40,000 nucleotides of DNA, from the NCBI GenBank assembly GCA_963675285.2, contig CAXXGS010000001.1, forward strand, positions 3,271,089 to 3,311,088. Reading direction: 5' to 3'. Positions 33,367 through 40,000 of this stretch are shown here, in pieces (within the stretch, counting starts at the first letter, position 1; each line of letters begins with the position of its first letter). The translations under genes and the position numbers were made by a program. This stretch comes from an uncultured Rhodobium sp. (lineage in GTDB: Bacteria; Pseudomonadota; Alphaproteobacteria; Rhizobiales; Rhodobiaceae). Below the pieces are notes generated by a model. The model saw only the letters and a list, made by a program, of their open reading frames with translations. It was not told the DNA's origin and made no database searches.

Positions 33367-35445
33367 ATGATCTGGTCCGTAACCGTCAGCCCGCTCTTGC
33401 CGCCCGCCGCGCTTGCCGGCCTTGCGGTCGTTGCGCTGGTGCTCATCGGCCTTCTCCTGTGGCGCGCCCGACGTGGCGCGTTGTTGCGAGCGCTGGCCCT
33501 CCTCCTTCTCTTCCTGGCGCTCGTCAATCCCTCGCTCGACCGGGAGAACCGGGAGCCCCTGAAGAGCATCGTTCCCGTCGTCGTTGACCGTAGCGAAAGC
33601 CAGGATCTGGGCGGCCGCAAGGCGATGACGGATGCCGCAGAGGAGGCGGTGCTCGCCCGGCTCGAGGCGTTGCCCGGGGTGGAGACACGCGTCGTGGAGA
33701 CGCGGCGCGACCTTTCCAGCCTGTCCGATGGAACGACGCTCTTCGGGCCTTTGTCCAATGCGCTCGCCGACGTTCCGCCGAACCGGGTCGGCGGCGCCAT
33801 CCTGATCACCGACGGGCAGGTCGAGGACGTGCCCGACAGCCTCGACCGGCTCGGCTTCGCCGCGCCGCTTCATGCGCTTGTCACCGGCGTTCCGGGCGAG
33901 GTCGATCGGCGGCTCGTGGTGGAAAAGGCGCCGCGCTTCGGCCTCGTGGGATCCGAACAGACAATCCGTCTCCGGCTCATCGAGGAAGGGGCGGAAACGG
34001 ACACTGCGACGGCGCGGGTGACGGTGAGCCAGGATGGGGAGACAGTTGGCGGCACCGCGCTCCATCCTGGCGAAAGCGCCGACGTCCGGCTGGAGATTCC
34101 ACATGCCGGCAGGAATATCCTGGAATTCGAGGTTGAACCGCTCGATGGCGAGCTGACGACGCTCAACAACCGGGCCGTCGTCACCATTGACGGCATTCGC
34201 GAGAATCTGCGGGTGCTTCTCGTCTCCGGCGAGCCGCATGTGGGCGAGCGCACCTGGCGCAATCTTCTCAAGTCCGACGCCTCGGTCGACCTCGTTCACT
34301 TCACGATTTTGAGGCCACCGGAGAAGCAGGACGGTACGCCGATCAGCCAGCTTTCGCTGATTGCCTTTCCCACGCGCGAGCTCTTTTCGGAAAAGATCGA
34401 CGAATTCGACCTCATCATCTTCGATCGCTATCGCCGCCGGGGCGTGCTGCCGACGCCCTATTTCGCCAATATCGCGCGTTACGTGAAAGACGGCGGCGCG
34501 GTACTCTTCGCCACCGGGCCGGAATACGCGGGGCCGGGCAACCTCTTTCGCACCTCGCTTGCCGACGTCCTGCCCGCCAGTCCGACGGGGCGTGTCGTCG
34601 AGACGCCCTACCGGCCGCGTGTCAGCATGATCGGCCAACGTCATCCCGTCACCCGCGGGCTGGTGTCGCCCGAAGCCGAGACGCCGCCGTGGAGCCACTG
34701 GTTCCGCGTCATTGAGACGACGGGTGCGGCGGAAAAGCCGGCGATGACCGACGAGGCGGGGCGGCCGCTGCTGCTCCTCCACCGGGTCGGCGAGGGCCGG
34801 GTGGCGCTGCTTCTTTCCGATCACGTCTGGCTTTGGGCGCGCGGCTTCGAGGGCGGCGGACCGCACGGCACGCTGTTGCGCCGTCTGGCACACTGGCTGA
34901 TGAAAGAGCCGGACCTTGAAGAGGAGGCGCTGCGGCTCACCGCCAAGGGGCACGATCTGACGGTGGAACGGCAGACGCTCGCCGACAGCGCCAGGCCGGT
35001 GACGGTGACCGGGCCGGGTGGGACCAATGAGACGATAGCGCTCCAAGAGGCTGAGCCAGGCCTGTGGCGCGGCTCGCTCGCGGTTTCCGATATCGGCCTT
35101 TACACCGCGCGCGACGGGGAACTCACGGCCCTAGCCTCGGTCGGCCCGTCCGATCCGCGCGAATTCGCGACGGTGTTGTCGACGACGGAACGCATCGCGC
35201 CGATCGCGGCGGCGGCCGGCGGCACGGCAATGCGGCTCGCCGATGCGGCGGGCACCGTCTCCGTGCCGCGTATCGTCGCAATGAACGGAGCGCGCAGCTA
35301 CCACGGCTCCGGGTGGATCGGGGTGAGGACCGGCACGGCGAGCAAGATCACCGGCATCGACCGGATCCCGCTGTTCTCCGGTTTCCTCGGCCTAGCTCTG
35401 CTCCTCGGCGCTCTCGCCATGACCTGGTATCGCGAGGGCCGCTGA
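33367..35445 (+). CDS. Large membrane-anchored protein, fourth gene of the MoxR/DUF58/BatA-N cluster; function unknown
   Basis: 692 aa. It has an N-terminal TM pair (LLPPAALAGLAVVALVLIGLLLW / ALALLLLFLALV) and a C-terminal TM (IPLFSGFLGLALLLGALAMTWY). The start lies 9 nt after the preceding stop. Confidence 0.7.
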   Translation: MIWSVTVSPLLPPAALAGLAVVALVLIGLLLWRARRGALLRALALLLLFLALVNPSLDRENREPLKSIVPVVVDRSESQDLGGRKAMTDAAEEAVLARLEALPGVETRVVETRRDLSSLSDGTTLFGPLSNALADVPPNRVGGAILITDGQVEDVPDSLDRLGFAAPLHALVTGVPGEVDRRLVVEKAPRFGLVGSEQTIRLRLIEEGAETDTATARVTVSQDGETVGGTALHPGESADVRLEIPHAGRNILEFEVEPLDGELTTLNNRAVVTIDGIRENLRVLLVSGEPHVGERTWRNLLKSDASVDLVHFTILRPPEKQDGTPISQLSLIAFPTRELFSEKIDEFDLIIFDRYRRRGVLPTPYFANIARYVKDGGAVLFATGPEYAGPGNLFRTSLADVLPASPTGRVVETPYRPRVSMIGQRHPVTRGLVSPEAETPPWSHWFRVIETTGAAEKPAMTDEAGRPLLLLHRVGEGRVALLLSDHVWLWARGFEGGGPHGTLLRRLAHWLMKEPDLEEEALRLTAKGHDLTVERQTLADSARPVTVTGPGGTNETIALQEAEPGLWRGSLAVSDIGLYTARDGELTALASVGPSDPREFATVLSTTERIAPIAAAAGGTAMRLADAAGTVSVPRIVAMNGARSYHGSGWIGVRTGTASKITGIDRIPLFSGFLGLALLLGALAMTWYREGR

Positions 35446-35594
35446 CGACGGGGGGATCGGCGAAGGAATAGCAGCCTTCGGCTCGTGCGCCTTGTATAAT
35501 GCGGATGTCATCTTTGATTCTCATGATGACGGGAACCGGCCGACATGCGCGCCTCCGCGGCGCGCGGCGTCGGGCAAGCGAACCGGGTATGGGT

Positions 35595-36467
35595 ATGCGG
35601 CGGTTGACCATCTTCAGCGATCTTGACGGCACGCTGCTCGATCACCGGACCTATTCCCATGCCGCGGCCGGGCCGGCGCTTGCCGCGCTCCGTGAAAACG
35701 CCGTTCCCCTCATCCTCGCCAGCAGCAAGACGGCGGCGGAAATCGCGTCGCTTCGCGCTGAACTCGGTTTTTCCGACTGTCCGGCGATTGTGGAAAACGG
35801 CGCTGGTCTGCTGCCGCCGGGCGGAACGGGCGCCGAAGACGCGGGCGATGATGGTGCGCGCAACGATGGCGCTGGGTGCGGCGACTATGAGCGGATCCTT
35901 GCCGGTCTCGCCGCGCTTCCCGCCGATATCCGGGCCGGCTACCGTGGTTTTTCTGAAATGGAGGCGGCGGATGTTTCCGCGCTGACCGGGCTTTGCGTTA
36001 AGGCGGCGGAGCTTGCCCGCGACCGCCGATTCTCCGAGCCGGGCGTCTGGCACGGCAGCGAGGACGGGAAGGCGGCTTTTCTCGCGGCGCTCGCCGAGAC
36101 CGGCATCGCGGCGCGCCAGGGCGGGCGCTTTCTGACATTGTCGCTCGGGCGCACCAAGGCGGACCAGATGACGGCGATTGTCGCGCGCAACGCTCCGGGT
36201 GGGCTCACCATGGCGCTAGGCGACGCGCCGAACGACGCGGAAATGCTGGCCGCGGCCGATATCGCCGTCGTCGTCGCGAACGACAGCGCGCCGCCGATGC
36301 CGCTGCTTCCGGGCGCCCGGCGGATCCCGCTTCTTCATACGAAGGAGGAGGGGCCGGCCGGCTGGAATGCGGCCGTCCTTGCCGTCCTCCAGGCCCTTTC
36401 CGAAACTTCTGATTTTCCCGATACCGCCTCGCTCCTTCGATCCGGGGCGTTCGATGTTTCTCCATAG
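35595..36467 (+). CDS. HAD-IIB phosphatase, mannosyl/glucosyl-3-phosphoglycerate phosphatase-like
   Basis: The start is at ATG 35595 (or 35589), so that the catalytic DxD motif FSDLDGTLLD is N-terminal. Also ILASSKTAAE, and LGDAPNDAEML (the HAD motif IV). The track ORF start at 35499 adds 30 implausible residues. Confidence 0.7.
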   Translation: MRRLTIFSDLDGTLLDHRTYSHAAAGPALAALRENAVPLILASSKTAAEIASLRAELGFSDCPAIVENGAGLLPPGGTGAEDAGDDGARNDGAGCGDYERILAGLAALPADIRAGYRGFSEMEAADVSALTGLCVKAAELARDRRFSEPGVWHGSEDGKAAFLAALAETGIAARQGGRFLTLSLGRTKADQMTAIVARNAPGGLTMALGDAPNDAEMLAAADIAVVVANDSAPPMPLLPGARRIPLLHTKEEGPAGWNAAVLAVLQALSETSDFPDTASLLRSGAFDVSP

Positions 36468-36481
36468 AAGGCCTTTTCCCC

Positions 36482-37702
36482 ATGGCTGATTTTCATCAGA
36501 CCCCGCGCCTCGCCACGATGCACAACTTCAAGACCGTCGATCCGGCGGCGCTTGAGCGCGAACTGGAGCTCTTCACGGCCCATCGCAAGATCACGCTGGT
36601 CCTGCCCTCGCTCTTTTCCGAACTCGAAGGGGCGGCACTGGCCAATATCCTCGATCACTTGTGCGAGGTGCGGTTTTTGAACCATGTCGTCATCGGCCTC
36701 GACCGGGCGGACGAGGAGCAATATCGCTATGCGCGCAAGTACTTCTCGCGCCTGCCGATGCGCCATGATGTGATCTGGAACGACGGCCCGCGGATGATGG
36801 CGATCGACCGGGAGCTGGGGGAGGCGGGGCTCTCCTCCGGCGAGCGCGGCAAGGGGCGCAACGTCTGGTATTCGATGGGCTATGCGCTCGCCAACGGCAA
36901 TGCCGACGTCATCGGTCTCCACGATTGCGACATCGTCACCTACTCCAAGGAAATGCTGGTGCGACTGTTCTATCCGGTGGTCAATCCGACGACTTCCTAC
37001 ATCTTCTGCAAGGGCTATTATCCGCGCATCGCCGACGGCCGCATGAACGGCCGCGTCAGCCGTCTCCTCGTTGGCCCGATCCTGACCGCGCTTAACCGGA
37101 CCCTCGGTCATCAGCCCTACCTGAATTTCCTCGCCGCCTTCCGCTATCCGCTCGCCGGTGAGTTCGCCATGCGGGCCTCGATGGTGCCGGACATGCGAAT
37201 TCCGTCCGACTGGGGGCTGGAAATCGGCGTCCTTTCGGAGGTCTGGCGCAATCTCGGCAGCCGTTCGGCCTGTCAGGTCGATATCAGCGATGCCTACGAC
37301 CACAAGCACCAGCCGCTTTCCGAGGACGATCCCTCCGGCGGCCTGTCGCGGATGTCGATCGACATCTGCAAGTCGCTCTTCCGCAAACTGGCGACCGACG
37401 GCATCATCCTCAGTCAAGAGACTTTCCGCACGCTGAAGGCGACGTACCTCAGGATTGCGCTCGATATGATCGAGGCCTATTTCAACGATGCGCGCATGAA
37501 CGGGCTGCATGTCGATCGGCATGCCGAAGAGCGGGCGGTGGAGCTTTTCGCCGCCAATATCGTCGAGGCGGGCCAGAGCTTCCTCGACAATCCGCTGGAG
37601 ACGCCGTTCATCCCGAACTGGAATCGGGTCCAGGCGGCCAACCCGGACATCATGCGCAAGATGATCGAAGCGGTCCGGGCGGATACGGAAGAGTTCAGCT
37701 GA
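36482..37702 (+). CDS. Glycosyltransferase resembling glucosyl-/mannosyl-3-phosphoglycerate synthase
   Basis: 406 aa. It starts 14 nt after the phosphatase gene. It has a GT-A-like core with IGLHDCDIV (a DxD-type motif) and GRVSRLLVGPIL. The assignment rests mainly on the pairing with the HAD-IIB phosphatase and on the size and pattern I recall for the ~400-aa GpgS/MpgS enzymes. Confidence 0.5.
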   Translation: MADFHQTPRLATMHNFKTVDPAALERELELFTAHRKITLVLPSLFSELEGAALANILDHLCEVRFLNHVVIGLDRADEEQYRYARKYFSRLPMRHDVIWNDGPRMMAIDRELGEAGLSSGERGKGRNVWYSMGYALANGNADVIGLHDCDIVTYSKEMLVRLFYPVVNPTTSYIFCKGYYPRIADGRMNGRVSRLLVGPILTALNRTLGHQPYLNFLAAFRYPLAGEFAMRASMVPDMRIPSDWGLEIGVLSEVWRNLGSRSACQVDISDAYDHKHQPLSEDDPSGGLSRMSIDICKSLFRKLATDGIILSQETFRTLKATYLRIALDMIEAYFNDARMNGLHVDRHAEERAVELFAANIVEAGQSFLDNPLETPFIPNWNRVQAANPDIMRKMIEAVRADTEEFS

Positions 37703-37745
37703 GCCGACCGGCGGGAGGGAGCGCACACGGGAGGCAGCTGCGACC

Positions 37746-38450
37746 TTGAGAGAATATGTGCCTGGAACGCTTTGGCTGCACAGCTACCCGGTGCATTATT
37801 TCGGCACGCGGTTCGATGCGCGCATGACGGTCGTCAGGCTGTCGGACGGACGACTCCTCCTGCATTCGCCCTCCCACATCGATGAGGCACTCGCCGCCGA
37901 GATCGCAGCCTTCGGCCCGGTCGGCTTCATCGTCGCGCCGGGCTCGTTCCACTATCTCCACGTGCCATCGGCGCAAGGCGCTTTTCCCGGTGCCCGCACG
38001 CTGATCTGTCCCGGCGTGGCGGAAAAATGCCCCGACCTTGCCTTCGACGCGGTGCTCGGTGACACGCCGCCCGCCGATTGGGCGAACGATCTCGACCAGG
38101 TGCTCGTTCACGGCAGTCGCTGGATGCGGGAGGTTGCGTTCTTCCATCGCGCCAGCCGGACCCTGATCCTGGTCGATCTGGTGGAGAATTTCACCGACCG
38201 CACGCCGCACGCCAGCTGGCAGCTGAAGCTGTGGTGGAGGCTCGTCTTCCGGATGTGGAACCGACCGAAGCCGGCGCCGGAATATCAGCTCGGATGGCGC
38301 GACAAGGAGGCCGCGCGGCGCTCGCTGGAGCGGATCCTCGCCTGGGATTTCGCGCGGGTGGTTCTGGCACACGGCGATCTGATCGAGACGGATGCGCGGC
38401 GCGTCGTGGCGCGGGCCTGGCAGGGGCTCGTTAGAGAGTCTCGCGTCTGA
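37746..38450 (+). CDS. DUF4336 domain-containing protein (metallo-beta-lactamase-like fold)
   Basis: 234 aa, from a TTG start (there is an in-frame GTG at 37758). ...RMTVVRLSDGRLLLHSPSHIDEALAAEIAAFGPVGFIVAPGSFHYLHVP...FPGARTLICPG... matches my recollection of DUF4336. Confidence 0.6.
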   Translation: MREYVPGTLWLHSYPVHYFGTRFDARMTVVRLSDGRLLLHSPSHIDEALAAEIAAFGPVGFIVAPGSFHYLHVPSAQGAFPGARTLICPGVAEKCPDLAFDAVLGDTPPADWANDLDQVLVHGSRWMREVAFFHRASRTLILVDLVENFTDRTPHASWQLKLWWRLVFRMWNRPKPAPEYQLGWRDKEAARRSLERILAWDFARVVLAHGDLIETDARRVVARAWQGLVRESRV

Positions 38451-38504
38451 ATTTCCCGACGGTTTTCTCGATAGTCTTGCGGCCGCGCGCGGATTGTCGT
38501 GCAA

Positions 38505-38948
38505 TCAGGCGAGGCGCCACAAGACGAGGACCACGAAGCCGGCGCCAAGCGCAAGCGAGAGCGGCGAATAGGCGAGACGGTCGAGCCGGGCGAAGGGTTC
38601 CTGCGGCGTCAGGGCACGCCATTGCGGGGTGAAGCCGGCAAGGCCGCGCAGGATGAGGATGGCGGCGATTACCGCGCCGCCGACCGTCAACAGTGGATTC
38701 CCCAGCCCACCAACCATGGCGATGGCCCAGAACGCGGCGATGAACAGCGCCATGGCGACGGCGATCGTGAGCGGTTCTGAGGGCATCCGGTCGCGATCCC
38801 TGAACCCGGCAACCATATGAGCGAGCGCCCTTTCATCCTTCGCCGGCCAGGTGCCGCCGGTTGCCCATATCGTGTGCAGCACGCCGATCGCGGCAAGGAC
38901 GAGCGCCATGAGTTTCGCCATAAGACCGATCATCGCTTGGCTTGCCAT
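38505..38948 (-). CDS. DUF3995-like small integral membrane protein
   Basis: 147 aa, taken from the ATG at 38948 (MASQAMIGLMAKLMALVLAAIGVLHTIWATGGTWPAKD...). It has four hydrophobic segments. Internal Met codons at 38933 and 38921 are alternative starts. The first 58 codons of the track ORF were discarded. Confidence 0.6.
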   Translation of the reverse strand: MASQAMIGLMAKLMALVLAAIGVLHTIWATGGTWPAKDERALAHMVAGFRDRDRMPSEPLTIAVAMALFIAAFWAIAMVGGLGNPLLTVGGAVIAAILILRGLAGFTPQWRALTPQEPFARLDRLAYSPLSLALGAGFVVLVLWRLA

Positions 38949-39118
38949 TGTCTGACTGGAAGGGCCGTCCAGGGAGGCCGGACGGCATGAGGAGGCGAGC
39001 GAGGCGTTCGCCTTAACGCATTTCGCCCGCGAAGGGTAGTGCGGGTGGCTCCCGATCTGGGCGCCAGGGTGCGAGGATCTCGCAAGACTCCAGCACCACA
39101 AACGGTCCCGGATCCGGG

Positions 39119-39152
39119 GCAATCAGGTCCGGTTGGCAATCAGGCCCGGTTG
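39119..39152. repeat. 17-bp tandem duplication spanning the stop codon of the GH13 gene
   Basis: GCAATCAGGTCCGGTTG (39119-39135) and GCAATCAGGCCCGGTTG (39136-39152) differ at 1 position. The second copy encodes the last residues ...NRA* of the minus-strand gene. Confidence 0.9.
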
Positions 39153-40000
39153 GAGATCCAGCGGCTCTGGTACGGTGCGAAGGTGATCGTGCCGTTCGGA
39201 TCCTCGAAGCGCGAATCGTCGAGGAGATCGCGCCAGAAGTCACCGTCGATCAGGTTGAGCTGGAATGCGGGCAGCTCCACCGGCTCCTTCGACACGTTGG
39301 TGATGGCGAAGATACTCTGGCTGCGGTCAAGGCTCTGGCGCCAGACACCGAAAAGCGCGTCGTCGAGCTGCAGCGTGAACTGTGTCGCGTTGGGGTGGAA
39401 CGCGGGCTCCTGGGTGCGGATGCGGATTCGCCGTTTCATTTCGCGCAGCACCCTTGCCTGCGGCGTGTTGGGATCGGCGAGGCGGGCGCGCAGCGTGCCG
39501 TAGTCCCAGCGATGGCGGTTGATGGCGCGGTTGTGGCCGCTGCGCTCGACGCCGTCGAGATCGTTCGCTGTCGCCAGGAGCGAATGGATGTAGAAGGCGG
39601 GGATGCCCTCCAGTGCCATCATCGCGGTCTGGCTGGCGAGGAAGCGCTCGATGTGGAAGTCGTCGTCGCCCTCGATCGTGCCGGTGAGTGCGTCGAAGAG
39701 CGAGACGTTGAGTTCATAGGGACGGCCCTTGCCGTCGGCGGTGGCGCGCATGGAGACGAGCCCGCCGTAACGGCGTACCGTGGCGATCAGTTCCTCCAGC
39801 TCGTCGTCGCTGAGAATGCCCTCGACGGGCCTCAGGCCGATTCCGTCATGGGAGGCGATGAAGTTGAGATAGGCGCAGCCGACCTGGGCCGGCGGCATCG
39901 ACATCAGCCAGGTGCGAAGGTGACGCGCGGAACCGGTCAGCAGCGCGTGCAGCATCAGCGGCGGCAGCGAGAAATTGTAGACCGAATGCGCCTCGTTGCG
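39140..40000 (-). CDS. GH13 sucrose-phosphorylase-family glycoside phosphorylase, C-terminal ~285 aa; 5' end lies beyond the window
   Basis: The frame is open to the window edge (...RNEAHSVYNFSLPPLMLHALLTGSARHL...). Supporting segments: NFIASHDGIGLRP, GRPYELNVSLFDAL, IPAFYIHSLL and NRAINRHRW. These resemble the C-terminal half of sucrose phosphorylase-like enzymes. Confidence 0.8.
   Translation of the reverse strand, partial: RNEAHSVYNFSLPPLMLHALLTGSARHLRTWLMSMPPAQVGCAYLNFIASHDGIGLRPVEGILSDDELEELIATVRRYGGLVSMRATADGKGRPYELNVSLFDALTGTIEGDDDFHIERFLASQTAMMALEGIPAFYIHSLLATANDLDGVERSGHNRAINRHRWDYGTLRARLADPNTPQARVLREMKRRIRIRTQEPAFHPNATQFTLQLDDALFGVWRQSLDRSQSIFAITNVSKEPVELPAFQLNLIDGDFWRDLLDDSRFEDPNGTITFAPYQSRWISNRA

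Noticed and set aside
30787-35046. A 1419-aa minus-strand ORF spanning 4.26 kb, the longest ORF in the window.
   Set aside because: It lies antisense to two well-supported plus-strand genes and crosses their intergenic gap. Its translation is Arg/Gly/Pro/His-rich low-complexity sequence (RRRR, GRQERADG and similar) with no recognisable motifs. In high-GC genomes the strand opposite a GC3-rich gene is naturally depleted in stop codons, so this is a shadow ORF.
35495-35500. A perfect TATAAT hexamer (preceded by TTG) about 90 nt upstream of the HAD phosphatase gene, considered as its promoter.
   Set aside because: No acceptable -35 element lies at 17 +/- 1 bp (the sequence there is CAGCCT), and alphaproteobacterial promoters often differ from the E. 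coli consensus. It is plausible, but too weak to report as a feature without TSS data.

Overview
This is a high-GC, densely coding segment. From the gene content (IalB, a MoxR/DUF58/BatA-N cluster, MocR/IclR/Lrp regulators) I infer an alphaproteobacterium, probably Rhizobiales-like. I found no rRNA, tRNA, CRISPR array, transposase or integrase.

Layout:
- 1-6.1 kb: an omega-amino-acid utilisation module. It holds a TRAP binding protein, a MocR regulator, an Lrp regulator, succinate-semialdehyde dehydrogenase and a class III aminotransferase.
- 6.25-21.05 kb: one very long minus-strand gene string of 17 ORFs with several ATGA stop/start overlaps. In transcription order it encodes two small unknown proteins, a Rieske oxygenase, RidA, a VanB/PDR-type reductase, a two-domain VOC dioxygenase, a NitT/TauT-type ABC importer, a cupin, an SDR, an alpha/beta hydrolase, an embedded IclR regulator, a second atypical SDR, a TPP enzyme, an aspartate-dehydrogenase-fold protein and an aldehyde dehydrogenase. 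An AT-rich promoter region with a 24-bp palindrome precedes it.
- 21.3-23.3 kb: a GST, a 763-bp gene-free structured spacer, and IalB.
- 23.6-28.2 kb: housekeeping genes (rlmN, a membrane protein, a CCA-adding enzyme, a CoA pyrophosphatase, DUF1285).
- 28.4-35.4 kb: a MoxR / DUF58 / BatA-N+DUF4159 / large membrane protein cluster.
- 35.6-40 kb: a putative glycosyl-glycerate compatible-solute locus. It holds a HAD-IIB phosphatase, a glycosyl-3-phosphoglycerate synthase-like GT, DUF4336, DUF3995 and a GH13 sucrose-phosphorylase-family gene cut by the window end.

The best candidate for an undescribed system is the 15-kb catabolic operon. Its gene combination does not map onto any characterised pathway I know. 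The two translationally coupled small ORFs at its head add to this; one carries an orphan recombinase-like HTH.

Many long ORFs in the six-frame track are high-GC antisense shadows or upstream read-through extensions, and I trimmed or rejected them. All homology statements come from reading the translations and from memory of family motifs. No searches were run.
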